Source of the DNA: the human T2T-CHM13v2.0 reference genome, Homo sapiens | Assembly: GCF_009914755.1 (NCBI RefSeq) | Contig: NC_060932.1 | DNA length: 64,000 nucleotides | Strand: one strand, 5' to 3' | In this document: positions 26,131 to 40,207 of the stretch, piece by piece | How positions within the stretch are numbered: the first letter of the stretch is position 1 | Layout of the letters: each line of letters starts with the position of its first letter | Notes under the pieces: generated by a model | Told to the model about the DNA's origin: nothing | Databases searched by the model: none | Seen by the model: only the letters and a program-made list of their open reading frames with translations | Position numbers and translations under genes: made by a program

Positions 26131-27820
26131 CGTAGAACATGCTCAAGCTAAATAATTAATATTCTAGCTGATTTTTGTTGTTTTGTTTTGTTTTTGTCAG
26201 TATTCTTGTTATCTTCTTTTTGCCTGTTTTACGTAATAAAAACTTTCATATTTGGTCTAATCATTTATCTTCTAACAGAACTTTGGTAAGCTATGTTGAA
26301 AACTGATGTTTAGATTGAAGTCTCTGGAATTCAACCAGATTCTTGGTCACAAAGGACAGTGTTCATCACTATACTTTACTTATTAACAACATAAATTGAA
26401 TGTTTTAAAAAATAATGAGCAACAATAATTTTAAATAAATGGGATTTTAAGTTAACTTTTGTATAATGTTTATTTATGGTCATTGTAGTTTATATTTTGG
26501 CTAAAAATTTCCCTTTTGTGCTTCAATTTTGTTGCATTAATGTGAAATTAGTTTGTATTACTGACAAGGGCGGACCCTCACATAATGAGGCACCGGAAGT
26601 ACAGTGGGTTGCAAATGAAGCCAGTTTAGACAAATAATCTGTCATGGGCAATCCACCTGGTCGAAAGTCTACCAATGGATTGTCAGTAGTTCACCAGAAA
26701 GATTATAAATACCTTAAAAATAACATTTACCAAAGCATGCATTCCTAAAGTCTGCTTCACAATTAAACCATTCAGATATATGGTTCTTCAATACTAAGCC
26801 TTTTTTTTTTATCCACCAGATTAATTCTGTAAACTCCAAATTTAGCTTGACAGTTACTTGTGAGAAAATGTCAGTGTGACATCGTGGTAGGCCTTAGGGG
26901 ACAAATTCCAATAATTCAGAACACTATGGTGGAATCTTTTCTTCCTGTTTGCTGGAAAAGGCAAGCTCAGGGAGCCAAATCCCTCATCCAGATAATTAGC
27001 AACTATCCAATCTGTTAATTGAGGACAAATATGCCAAACCTTCTTGGCAACTTCAGTCAAACAGCTGTAGGGTGGTCAGTCAGGCAGGCACAGGTAGCGA
27101 GTGCCAGAGCGTGCTCGGCCCTACATTAAAAACTTTATATTAAAGATAGATCAGATGTGCTCTTTGACTTGAAAAAATAAATGTGCTAAATCATTAGAAA
27201 ATTGGCTGTTCTTAGTCCTAAATTTAGTGATGCTAAGAGCAAAAGGATTTCACTAACCCCTCCCCCTTTTTATGATTTTCAGTGAAAAAATTACTCCCTT
27301 CTCTAGTTGTACTGTAACGGGAGAAAATTTCAAGAATCAGGTGTTGCTAGGTCCAAATGCAGGTACATAAAGTATGATGGAGGCTTGAATGCCAATGGGA
27401 ATAGGACAGATCCTGGAAAGGGATTATTGTATCATTCACACCTGGGATTTTCCAGAAAACTCACCCAGTTTTCTGGCATATTTCTACAGATTTAAATGTA
27501 ATTACCTGGGTCTCTTCCTACTGGCTATAAAAAATCATTACATTACTAATGCAGAGATCCCCAACTGGAAAGAGCTACCCTAGAGAGGGGAAAAACAGTA
27601 GACCAAGGGAAAGAAATGACACTGGACAAAGTCAAGTAAATGCCCCAGAAAGGGTCTGGCAGACAAACTGTGTACCAGAGCCAGTTTCAAGGACAACAAT
27701 AATTCAATATTTGGTATTCCAATAAAAATATAGATATGTCTTGGCTGGAACAAAAACCTTTTTTTGAGAGTGACACTGTTCCCATGAACAAAGTGATCAT
27801 CATTTGGCTTTAAATGCTTT

Positions 27821-28120
<300 letters not shown>

Positions 28121-30154
28121 ATGGTTTGAAATGCTTTTTAAGAGTTGAAGATCCACCTGCTCAGTTTGATTTGAACTCGTAATGGAAAAAAGGAACTGGC
28201 ATTGAAAATAGGAAGGCAAGTTCAGGGTTAAAAATGGCCTAAAAGAGAGCAGAATTCTTGCCTGCCAATTGTGAAAAAAGCAATTATATAACTCTGTGTA
28301 CATTGGACAAAGACCCATTATGAAGGAATGTGCATGTGAGCCTTTCAAAATTAAGGTCAGTTTTAGTGAGCTGTAACTTGCTAGTAAAACCATGTTTGTC
28401 AAACATGTGAAAAGTGAGTAAGATGCTGCCACAACTTATGTGCATGTGAATACCTCAACTGTAACACATTTGAAGGATTTTTAGTGTGTTGTTAACTACT
28501 TTACAGTTTTAAAAAAATAGTACTTGACATTTGGAAGTGAAATGATATGTGCAAAACATTAGTCAGATGGTGCTTCTTGCTTTGTGAATGAACTGTATGT
28601 AGTCTGAACAAATTAGATCCAAGGTTTAGTGCCATCAACTCCTCAGTCAGAGGCCCACAAACAATTATGCTCCCAAAACACCTGATATTTTAACTGCAAA
28701 AACCACCAAATTTATAAAGTTGCTGATGATGCATTGGTAACAAGAGACAGCTTACTAAGTGAAAGAAAGAAAAAAATCTCAAGAGAAGGAAATAATCTAT
28801 ACTGCAATGGTAAGACTAGCTAGAATATAAGCTTCAACCTCCCACACGTCCTGTCTTGTTCATGGTGGTACTTTCAGCACACAGTAGGTGCACAATAAAT
28901 GCTGATGGCTCTAGAGTTAAAATGCCTGCTTAAATCCCGGCTATAGCATGCATCAGCTGTCAGACCTTGGTGAGTTACTAGGCTCTGAGGGTTTGCTGTT
29001 CACATTATGACTGCCTTGGAAGGCTGTGGTGAAAATAAAATGGTATCATGCACATTTGTGCATTTGTAGCACATTGTGAGTCCTCCATAAATGGTTGCTT
29101 TTGTGATGAAGATAATAATTTGGGTTTATCTGGGTCCTTTGTTTGAAAAAAAAGTCCACATCTTTCACACCTACAGCCTTCCCACTAGGGGAAAAATTAG
29201 TAGTTTAATTTTACCTTTACTACATAGAGTTGAAGATATACTCATTTTTTCTGGCTAAGATTTTACAATGTAAAGTTCAGGAAATGGAGTTTGATTGAAA
29301 TTCTTTTTGAACACTGACACTTTGAAAATGCATAGACTACAATGACATTATGAAATGATATAATAATATCTGTAATTTCTATTCATCTAAAATAATGGTG
29401 AAATCCCACTGTTAAATTATACATCATGACTAATTCTAGACAGCAAATTATCAAGTATTTATTGAGCAAAGGTGACCTTTCCTGACACAGGTGTCGAGTT
29501 ATGAAGTTTAGCTATTTGAGTACAATCCCTCCCCTCTCTCCAATTGTTTTGTTCTAAAATGGTATCATGCTTTTTTTTGCCAAAAAAATTATAATACTCA
29601 ATAAATATTTAGTGAATAAATTAATAAAAATGTTCTACCTCCATGAAATATTTTATAATTAACATCTTTTTAAATTGTATTCAACAGGTATTTAGGGGGC
29701 ATCTTCTAAGTCCAAGTCTCCACTGGAGACACTGGATCATGCATGTGACATGATCCTGGAACTGCATTTAGTCTAGGCTCTTCTCACATATATCAGTCCT
29801 CAGAGCCTCACAAGACCTTCCGAAGGCTTTGGCTGTCTTCAGAGATTTGCTAGCATGTAGACAGGCAAACCTAAACATGCACCAAATAGATGCCCCACCA
29901 TCTGGGGCATTCTCCAGGGCTGTTGGTTCCCACCACCATACAATGGCAATCTGTGGAAGAACAAAGTTATGTCATTACAAAACAAATTAAGAATGTCATT
30001 TAGTGCTATTTGTGAAATACAGAATATATGTTTATTTGTATTAATTATACATGGCAAGTCATTAATCCCAGCAAGCTCTTGAACTAGTTTCCTAACTCAC
30101 AAATGGGTATATTTTTAAGCAGATTTAATGAATTTGTATGGTGCTGAAGAAACT

Positions 30155-30618
30155 TTTATTGATTTCCTAGAGCTGCCATAACAAAGTACCATAAATTAAG
30201 TGGCTTAGAACAATACAGATTTATTGCCTTACAGGTCTAGGGGCTGGAATTCTGGAATCAAAGTGTCGTCAGAGCCATGCTTCCTCTGGAACCTGTAGGG
30301 GAAACCCCTCCTTGCCTCTTCCTAGCTTCTGGTGGTTTGCTGGCAATCTGTGATGTTTCTTAGCTTGCAGCTGCATAAGTTCTATCTCTGCCTTCATCCT
30401 CACATGGTATTCTCCTTGTGTGTGTCTGTTTTCACCCAGCCATCTTCTTATAAGGACACAGACATGCCAGATTAGGGGGTCACCCTACTGAAGTATGACT
30501 TCATCTTAATTCATTATACCAACAATAATTCTATTTCCAAATAAGGTCACATACTGAAATACTGAGGGTTAGGACTTCAATGTATCTGCTTTGGGTAAAC
30601 ACAATTCAACCAATAACA
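30155..30618 (-). mobile_element. MaLR solo LTR (MLT1B/C-like)
   Basis: 'ttcctagagctgccataacaaagtacca...tcttcttataaggacac...ccaaataaggtcacat...acacaattcaaccaataaca'. Confidence 0.87.
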
Positions 30619-31799
30619 AAACTAAACCTTACAATAGATCTGTGTATGTTGCAGTCAAATAGTAATCTTAGAATGCATTTAATTCTACAGGCTGGTTGGC
30701 TCTTTGGTCAAAATGTTTTACTTTCTCTGAATGTCTCTAAAAGAATAAATTTTCCAAAATTTCCATAATCGTGAACCTCTCCAAACTGAAATTAGAAGTT
30801 GATCTAGGTAGAAAATGTTTCTAAGCAGCAGGAAATAACTCTGGGGTTCTCACGTGTCCCAGAAAGTGTTATTTATGAAATTGTTGACTACAATGCTATG
30901 TTGAGCCATAATTGTTTAAGTTAAATCGTGTGTTTTATGGGCTGCTTGACAAGGCTATATTTTTGTCATGATCTAATAGGAAATCCTTGAGTGTGTCGGA
31001 GGGGCCGTTTTTGTTTAGTCCTTTCAATCTATAGTTGGAGTTGAATTAGCATTTTATTTTCACAAAATTTACTTTACTAATTTGTAGTGTTTGGGCTTTG
31101 ATTTGCATTCAACCAGAGATCTTTTGTTGTATCTTTCTTGTAAATATAAATACTACAATGAAGACATCATTGAAAAGTAGTTAAAATATCAAGTAACCTA
31201 ACAAGAAGAAATAAGACTTAAGACATTTTTGTAAATAGGAAGATTTTTTTTAATTTTGAGAGAAAAGCACTAGATTGCTGTTTTCTGCTCAAGAACTAAA
31301 GAGGAATGTAACAGAAAGTTCATCATGTGCTAATTTAATGTGCTATCTTATTGAACATTCCCATGTAAAAGAGGCTACAAATCTGGAAAAAAAATCAAAA
31401 CATGTGCGATAGACTATTCCCTGCCTGACACTCAGTGGTAACTGCAGAGAACTGCAGCTCTTGACCTGTGGGAGTTCTGTGGAAAAACCACATGAAGAAA
31501 AAATATATCTTTGGAGTTTATCGTTCTTCATATTCATATGAGCCTTCACATTAAAAAAAAATACCTGAATGAATCATCAAGAACTGACCTTAGAAGCTTG
31601 AAAGGTGGCTTATGGTATCAAGCCAGGAGAGTGTCTCACAGAGACAAGCAAAAGCAGGCGACCGAAAAATAAGTTTTCCTATTTGCTCTTTTAATGTTGC
31701 TTCACTTTTCTCATCTGATTGTCTTATGGAAAAAATAATAAGAGTCACTGTAGAGCTTTGCAATGAGAAAAAAATCAGAGCAAGAACTTAACAAATAAA

Positions 31800-32330
31800 T
31801 CAGATAAGATTATTAATTGGTACTACCTTTCTGGAGACTTATTTGCCACTTGCATGAAAATGTTTTTTTTTTAATTGCCTCCGTCTTCAGAAAGTTATTT
31901 GTATAAATGTATCCTGATGAAATAATTATTCATCTAGTTAAGAATTTAAGGATCTGTATAGAAAGACGTTCACTACTTGATCATTTATTAGCAAAAATTA
32001 GGGGAAAAGCATCCAACAATAGATAAGATGATGTATTTTCTTTATCATTATAAACACTAAAATAATATTGAATAAGAATATTTAATGACAGAAAAGTGTT
32101 CATATATTTTTAACAAAAATTTGGTTACAAAAATGATCTAAATTTTGTAAGAAATATATACATGTAAAATATAATGTAATATAGGCAGAAAAAAGACTGA
32201 AGCTACATACATTAAAATATTAACAATGGTTATATCTCGGGGAGTGGCAATATGAGTTGAATTGCCATAATGAACACCAATTGTTTTTAAAGAAGAAAAA
32301 TACCCAATAAAACTATATTTTCTTAAAACA
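31800..32330 (+). mobile_element. Ancient L1M (L1ME-like) 3' fragment
   Basis: A-rich with 'tactacctttctggag', 'aaaaagactgaag...aaaatattaacaatggttatatct' typical of L1ME 3' ends; ends approximate. Confidence 0.5.
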
Positions 32331-32953
32331 GCAGAACTTTAAAATTGAAGAGCCACTATCAAAGGGACATGGCAGTGGATGGACAGGAGAAAGTGATCAC
32401 TAGAATATGAAACTACAAACGCATAGGGGTCCTGAATGCAAACATGAAAAGAGGCAATACAGCTGAATCCCAATAAATATGGGTTTGGAGGACCAGTGAG
32501 GAAACAGAAATCATGGGACCTTTGTGATGAAGCCACATTATATTCAGCCAGACTGATTGTTTAAGCCACTTCTCCCACTTTGTCTTTAACTGGGACTCCC
32601 AACAGGTAGCAGGCTAGCTTGGGAGTCCCATCTCTGTGTGACCTGGCACATGTTTCTTAAGTATTCTGAAATGTGCTAACCAAATCTGAAATAAAGAAAA
32701 CAATCATAATTTCTCTTTCTACCGCATAGGGTTATGACGAAGATCAGAAAGGCTAGTAAATACGAACAATGCGTTAGAAAGTTCAAATTACTTTGCAAAT
32801 GGAGAACGATAATGCAGCCTTCTAATTTTCACTCTCACCTTAGTGCAGATGATCAAATTAGGAAAATCCAGGGGCATGCTTGTATTATTGGCACACTGCA
32901 CAGACATGTCTGAATGAGAGAGAACTAAGTAATAATACCTCACTGGAGCAAAA

Positions 32954-33259
32954 TGTGTGTGTGTGTGTGTGTGTATTTTTTTTTTCAGACAGAGTCTCGA
33001 TCTGTTGCCCAGCAGTGCAATCTTGGCTCACTGCAACATTCGACTCCTAGGTTCAAGTGACCCTCCTTCCTCAGTCTTCCGAGTAGCTGGGATTACGGGA
33101 GCGCACCACCACGCCAGGCTAATTTTTTTTTGTATTTTTAGTAGAGATGGGGTTTCGCCATGTTGGCCTGGCTGCTCTCGAACTCCTGACCTCAAGTGAT
33201 CCGCCTGCCTCGTCCTCCCAAAGTGCTGGGATTACTGGCATGAACCACGGCGCCTAGCC
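32954..33259 (-). mobile_element. AluS (Sx/Sz-like) with a (TG)10 microsatellite at the tail end
   Basis: 'tctcgaactcctgacctcaagtgatccgcc'; small internal deletion near 33011; near-TSD ctggagcaaaat / ctggagtagaat. Confidence 0.92.
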
Positions 33260-34179
33260 CTGGAGTAGAATATTGCATGAGATTTCTCTCCCTCTTTTTT
33301 TTCAGTTGAGGCTGAGAAGGCCTCAACTTGCTCCTCAATCTAGATACAGGTCCTAAGCCATCTGTGCAGAGCTTGTCAATTATGCAACCTTTAGCCCCCC
33401 AGCGACCTCCAGGCTAGGAAAAGCCAAGATTCACTGGCAGAATGATGAAAGTAAACTTATTTGTAAAGGGTAATGGCAGTGCAATTGTTTCTCACAACGT
33501 TAAACCAAGTGTGTGTTCATGTGTACATTTGGGGGGTAGGGGAAGACGGGAAACGCAGCTTTCAAAAGAAGCTTCAGAGAGCATATTATAGATCCCCTGG
33601 AGGCAGGTGTCTGATTTTCACCTGGAATGTCTGCATTTAGAGGCTGTCTGGAGCTATCCCTGATGGCAGAACAAGGAGGGAGGAGCTTCAGAGTTTAAAG
33701 GGGAAAAGCACCAAGTATTTCCCATGCATCAGGGTAAGCATCAGGGAAGGCAGGTCTCACCTGAATTTCAGACTCACATCCGAATTGCTACTAGACTGTC
33801 CCCACCAGAGAGCACCCAATTTCCTCAAATTAAGAGCCTCAGCATCTTTACTGTGGATTTTTGCAATAAGCTTCCCATTGATCTCTCTTTCCATTTTGGG
33901 CCCATGCTATTTGTTCTGTATGTTATTGAAAATTACAATTGTTCCCCAAAGAGCAGAACTCTGTGTGAGAAAATATATGACTTCTGAATCCAAATGTTAA
34001 TGATTTTAGAATGAACCAATGATATAGACTCTCCACATCATAGCATGTCTTCCTCACTGAGCATTATTGAGACTTGACACTGCCTCTACCTTAAGTAAAT
34101 CTCAGCAGTGGACTGGGTGTGCTTCCAACCAAACAGAAACTTTATTGGTTTATTAGTTGGACATTTATGTTATTATTCT

Positions 34180-34341
34180 AGGCATTATCTTAGAAATTAC
34201 AATGTGACTTACTGACTTATGAGTCTACCTGCAGTTAGTACTTTCACTAGTCCCTTCGAAAAATACAAGAACATTACCACAGTTTATCTTTCCACTTTTC
34301 TCATTATTTTTGTCATACATTACATCTCAATATCTAATCTA

Positions 34342-34403
<62 letters not shown>

Positions 34404-36045
34404 ATCTATCTATCTGGAACTCCACAAGACATTACTATTGTGTTAAGCAACCAATATTCATTTATATTTATCTACACATTTACTTTCTTCAGTGTTCTTT
34501 ATTCCTTTGTGCACATTCATTTTTCCTATATGTAATTACATTTCTCCAACTTGAAAATTTTGTTTAAATATTTCTTCTAGTATTAGTCTGCTGGCAACTA
34601 ATTCTCTGTTTTTATTTGTCTAAAAATCTTTATTTCAGTTTTATTTATTAAAGATATTTTTTCTTGGTATAGATATTTCATTATCTCCTAATTTTTACCA
34701 TTTCTATAGAAAAGTCAACTTTAAGTTTATTGTTACTACTTTGAAAATAATACATTTTTTCTCTTCTCTGGCTGCTTTTAAGACTTTCTGTCTCTGGGTT
34801 TTTAGCAGTTTGACCCTGATGTAATTAGGTGTGGTTTTCTTTGTATTTCTTTGAATATTACTTCTGGAAATCCAATAATGTATATTAACCTTTTTACCAT
34901 ATCACATATGTATCTTATGCTTTTTACTGCATTTTCCATCCTTGTTTTCTAAGTAATGACCCAACTTTCCATTTTTTAATCCTTGGTTCTTCTATATCTA
35001 ATTGCCTAATTAGATTTATTATTGGGTTCTTCATTTCAGTTATTATATATTTGAACTTTAGAATTCCCATTTGACTTTTTAAAATAGGTTCCAGGTTTCT
35101 TCTGTCTTTTTAAAATAGATTTTAATTCTCCATCTTCTCCTCTATTTTCTTGGACATATTAATTATAGTTATTTTAGTTTCTATGTGGTAACTCTAATAT
35201 CTGAATCACCCACAGGATTGTTTTTATTATTTGTCTTTTCTTTTTATATACAGTCAGTTGGTCTTTTTTTTTTTATTAACACGACAGAGAGTTTTTTATT
35301 AAATGCCTTCATCTTATATGGAAGATTATAGGGGCACAGAATGATGCCCTATTCCTCCAAAGAGGGTTGAGTTTTCTTTGGCAGGTATATCAAGTATCAG
35401 CAATTCACCTTGATCCTGTCAAGGGTTGTTTTAGGCTTTATTGGGGTCTAGTCTATTTCAATTTTGTCCTTATTTCTATGGCATGGCCTCTTTGGGATCT
35501 CTACTGAAAGCCTGGTATGTTTGCCAGAGCCAACCTGCCATGGCAGGAATTGGACTTCAATCTCTGTCTCTCTAGCATTACAGGGCTACCAAAATATCTA
35601 CTAAGCAATTTAGGTTTTCAGTTGCTGTTTTTGCTGAATTCCTTGGGATTTCTCCCTCCACGGTGTAAGGGGGAAACTGTGAGCATGATTTTTTTTTTTT
35701 TTTAGCTCAATTCTCTATGGCTTTCTTCCCTGAAAGATTTTGCCCCTTCAGTCCTATTTGCTTTAGAAATTCTAAATTTGGACCTCTGTTGCTCAGCCCA
35801 ATGGAACTGCTGTTTTCCACTGAAACTGGAAAATGCTTTCAGGAAAAAATAAACCTTGGAGTGTATGCAGCACTTACCTCAGTTGCTTCCCTCCTCTCAG
35901 GAATCATAGCCCCACGTCCTTTTCTGTGTTGGTTACTCCCAGATGCCTTCAAATACTTGCTTTATTTATCTTCTCAGGCCTTTATAATTATTTTCAGTGG
36001 GAAGATTAGACCAATATAGCCACTCAGTTATGGCTAGAAGCAAGT
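34180..36045 (-). mobile_element. Ancient L1M/HAL1 ORF1 and 5' region
   Basis: T-rich with 'ctctggctgcttttaagac...agcagtttgacc..gatgtaattaggtgtggttttctttgtattt' typical of antisense old L1 ORF1; ends approximate. Confidence 0.65.
34338..34416. repeat. Compound tetranucleotide STR TCTA(TCTG)3(TCTA)12 TCA(TCTA)2 TCTG
   Basis: Counted directly. Confidence 0.97.
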
Positions 36046-36830
36046 GTCCCGAAGCAGAGTCACATTAAAACAAAAAAAGGAAGTCTGCCGGGAGGCTTGA
36101 AGAGGTAGAGGGAAGAAACAAATTACGAGCTGGCAAGGAGGCTTCTTAGGTGGCAGCCACAGCCACCAGTGTCAGAGCATCCTGATATTACCTCAGCATA
36201 AGAGGTGAAGCCAAAACATTGGAAAATGATTGTTAATATACACATTGAAGATGTCCTTAAAGAGAACAAGCCAGATCAAAAAGAGAAAACGACTTGCAAG
36301 AGATACGGTATGGGAAAGGAGATGAGTGGAAAGTGTACTACATCCTTCTGCAGAAGGATCAAGGTTAACAAAGGCTTGCCAGGAAGAAGTCAGGGTATCA
36401 TCAAAAAGAACAAGAAATGTGTTCTCAATGTTAGCACTGCAGAGTGTACCTTAGTCAAATCTTATGCAGTTGCAAGGAACAAAAACAAAGCTCTCTTTTA
36501 AGCCAAAACCTGGAACTATTTAAAGGATGTGAGAGAGTCGGACCAAGAACTTGAATGCTGAAGAAGCCCAAGCAGGGAAAAGAATAAAATATGTCAAGTT
36601 TTGGGAGTCCAAATGAATGCACCCTCTTCACTATAAAAGATGACTTATAATAAGAGGGATATATCCATGTACGTAAAGAGATTTTTGGGATGTACCAGAA
36701 TCCATGCCAAATCAATAACAAACAAACTAAGATTATTCTGAGCAATTCAGTATGGCATCTAATCCAAAAAAGTTTGAGTTACTTTATTTCTGAGAAAAGA
36801 AATTAAAAATTTATTCCTAAAGTAAGATTC

Positions 36831-37148
36831 AGCCAGGTGTGGTGGCTTATGACTGTAATCCCAGCAATTTGGGAGGCTGAGGCAGGAGAATGCTTGAGCC
36901 CAGGAGTTTGAGAACAGCTGAGGCAACATAGCAAGACCCTGTCTCTAAAACAGAAAATTTTAAAAATTGAGGCAGGCATAATGGCACGTTCCTGTAGTTT
37001 CAGCTACTTGGGAGGCTGAGGTGGTAGGATCACTTGAGCATGGGAGGTGGAGGTTGCAGTGAACCATGACTGTGCCCCTGCACTCCAGCCTGGGTGACAG
37101 AGTGAGACCCTGTCTCAAATAAATGAATAAATAAATAAATAAAATAAT
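36831..37148 (+). mobile_element. AluJ with (TAAA)n tail
   Basis: 'gcttgagcccaggagtttgag...gcaacatagcaagaccctgtctct...gacagagtgagaccctgtctc'. Confidence 0.92.
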
Positions 37149-37397
37149 TAAAACTTCACAACAGAGATTCCCAAAATCCAAAAGACAGTGATATGTAAGA
37201 AAGTCAGGAAGGAGGGAGCTCTTGCTTTCACCACCTTCCACAAGTCCTGTCACCTGGAGGTAGTGATGCCTTTAACCTTAAGGTAGCATCAGCAATCTTA
37301 AGAGACTGAGGTAGACATACTAGGAGTGAGGTTTGGAAGTATTTTTCCATGTTACTATAGGATCCATCGTGCATGGAGGAAACACTTGGAACCTATG

Positions 37398-37777
37398 TGA
37401 CATGATTTGGCTGTATCCTCACACAAATCTCATCTTGAATTGTAATCCCCATAATCCCCACATGTTGTGGGATGCACCTGGTGGGAAGTGATTGGATCAT
37501 GGTGGCGGTTTCCCCCATTCTGTTCTCATGATAGTGAGTGAGTTCTCACTAGATCTGATGGTTTTACAAGTGTCTGGCATTTCCCCTGCTGGCACTCACT
37601 CTCTCTCCTATCGCCTTGTGAAGAAGGTGTTTGCTTCTGCTTTACCTTCTGCCGTGACTGTAAGTTCCCTGAGGCCTCCCTAGCCATGCTGAACTGTTAG
37701 TCAATTAAACCTCTTTTCTTTATAAATCACCCAGTCTTGAGTATTTCTTTATAGCAGTGTGAGAATGGACTAATAAA
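37398..37777 (+). mobile_element. MaLR solo LTR (MSTA/THE1D-like)
   Basis: 'tgacatgatttggctgt...aaatctcatcttgaattgtaatccccataatcccc...gactaataaa'; 5-bp TSD ctatg/ctaca, consistent with CpG decay of ctacg. Confidence 0.9.
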
Positions 37778-37960
37778 CTACATGTTCATTTCATTCTGTC
37801 ATTCAGTCAACAAACAGTTACTGAGAATCCACTATATGCCAGACTCTTCAGTAGGTGCTAAGGATGAAGTATGAAGATATGGTGCCTGTTCTCACAAAAT
37901 TTGCCATATAGCTGGGAAGTCCTAGGGTCCCTGTGTTACAGATTTTCTTCCCAACCCTGG

Positions 37961-38328
37961 TGTATTAGTCTGTTCTCATGCTGCTGGTAAAGACATATCT
38001 GAGACTGGGTAATTTATAAAGGAAAGAGATTTGATTTGCTCACAGTTCCATGTGGCTGGAGAGGCCTCACAATCATGGCAGAAGGCAAATGAGGAGCAAA
38101 GTCACATCTTACATGGCCATGGTGGCAGGCAAGACAATGTGCAGGGAAACTCGCTTTTATAAAACCATGAGATTTCGTGAGACTTATTCACTATCACAAG
38201 AGCAGCACAGGAAACACCCATCCCCATGATTTGATTACCTCCCACTGGGTCCCTCCCATGACACTTGGGAATTATGGGAGCTACTATTCAAGATGAGATC
38301 TGGGTGTGGACACAGCCCAATCATATCA
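37961..38328 (-). mobile_element. THE1 solo LTR
   Basis: 'tgtattagtctgttctcatgctgct...gacacagcccaatcatatca'; TSD cctgg/cctgc. Confidence 0.92.
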
Positions 38329-38715
38329 CCTGCCCACTTTGTCTAGTGGATCCCCTAGGATTTCTGCCTCTGTTCCTGATAAATGTATCAGTCCCTGCCC
38401 TGGGACTAGAATCTGACGCTTAGAAACTTCCAGCCTTTCCCCACACCCCTCTCCTAGCAAACTGGATGATAATAATGGTAACTAGCCAAAACTTATATTG
38501 TACATACTGTGTGCCAGGCATTGTTATATCTGTTTTGCATGTATAAATGCATTTAATCTTTACAATCACCTTATGAGATGAATACTATTATTATCTCCAG
38601 TTTAAACCATGAAGAATATTATTGCTTACTCGAGAAAAGAAATGGCATGTACTGCCTAGAGCCATATGAATATTTTCCCTAGGAATGTGCCTACTTCCAA
38701 GAAATGCTTATAACT

Positions 38716-39011
<296 letters not shown>

Positions 39012-39129
39012 AAGCTTATAACTTTGCCCCACCCATGAGGCACCATACTTTGTTGGACACTGATTCTGATCACAAGCCACCTTCTACAGTTGAATCAATA
39101 TCCCTAAAAATGCTTGTGCTGTCAATGAA

Positions 39130-39255
39130 TACTATTATTATCTTTATACTATTATTATACTATATTACTTATTATCCTATTATAGTAGTATCCACCAAAT
39201 ATTATACTATATTACAAATATTATCTAAATTACTTATTATACTATTATAATACTA
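39130..39255. repeat. AT-rich low-complexity (TATTA/TACTA)-like tract
   Basis: Degenerate 'tattattatactatattac' reiterations. Confidence 0.75.
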
Positions 39256-40207
39256 CCCCCCAAAATCCAAAGGAAAGTAATCCTAACTATGTTTTATGTA
39301 ACTGCACGAAATTCAGACTCCTCTGTGAACTACTTCCAAGAATTCCTAAGGATTGCTCATTTCAAATACTAATTGTCAGTTATCACCCTGTTCTCTGGAC
39401 TGTTGCTATATTTTCTTTCCTGATGTCTTCTTCTCACTTTCTCACTTAACCACACATTCAGATCCTAAATATTTAATACAACTTTAGTTAGTATTTTAAG
39501 ACAACAAAAGGGAAATGGACACATAAGAAAGGAAAGTCTAAAGCTTAGTGTCAGATATCATTTCTCCATTGTCTATTGTTCATGCCCTTTCAGATGAGGT
39601 CCTTTCCTGCCCTTAAACTCAGCCAGTTGCTATACAGTTGAGACCCCTCTCCTCGTATCGTAAGACCTCTTCTCTTGACCTCTCTTCTCTGAATCCCAGG
39701 ACATGACCGACCATGTCTAGGATTTGCCAAAAGAAATCAGCTCAAGTAAATAATCTCTTATGAAAGTTCTCCTCACCACAATTAAGATCCTATTTATATA
39801 GAGGATCTTATCTGCCAACTGTCCCAAATTTCAAAATAAAATTTTGTTTTACTTTGTAACAGCCAAATGGCTCATGGCTGTACTTTTCCCAAGGCAAAGC
39901 ACTGTCTATATCCAACAAGGATTAAGAATACTACCTTTTGCAACAATGAGAAATGGCACAAGTGTTGAAACTATAGTTTTATTAAAGCCCTCCATGAGCC
40001 CATGCTAATTTATTCAGGGATGAGGATTCCAGAGCAAATTATTTCACTGTTTTTCACCTCTACCTCCCCCAGGATCTCTGCAAGAGGAAAAGTTTTTCCA
40101 CCTACAACTACCTCTTATAGGAGGTAGGGAACCTGGGTAAAGGATACATTTCTTTCTTCCAAAGCATATGCCAGGCCAAGGATATTTTTTATTTTGTTAA
40201 TTTTGTG

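Noticed and set aside
33304-33328. 9-bp hairpin agttgaggc / gcctcaact (similar ones at 39783-39810 and 52491-52515)
   Set aside because: Several 9-bp inverted repeats are expected by chance in 64 kb
36205-36620. Purine-rich, coding-looking stretch as a processed pseudogene
   Set aside because: No recognisable protein in the frames I translated, and no poly(A) or TSD
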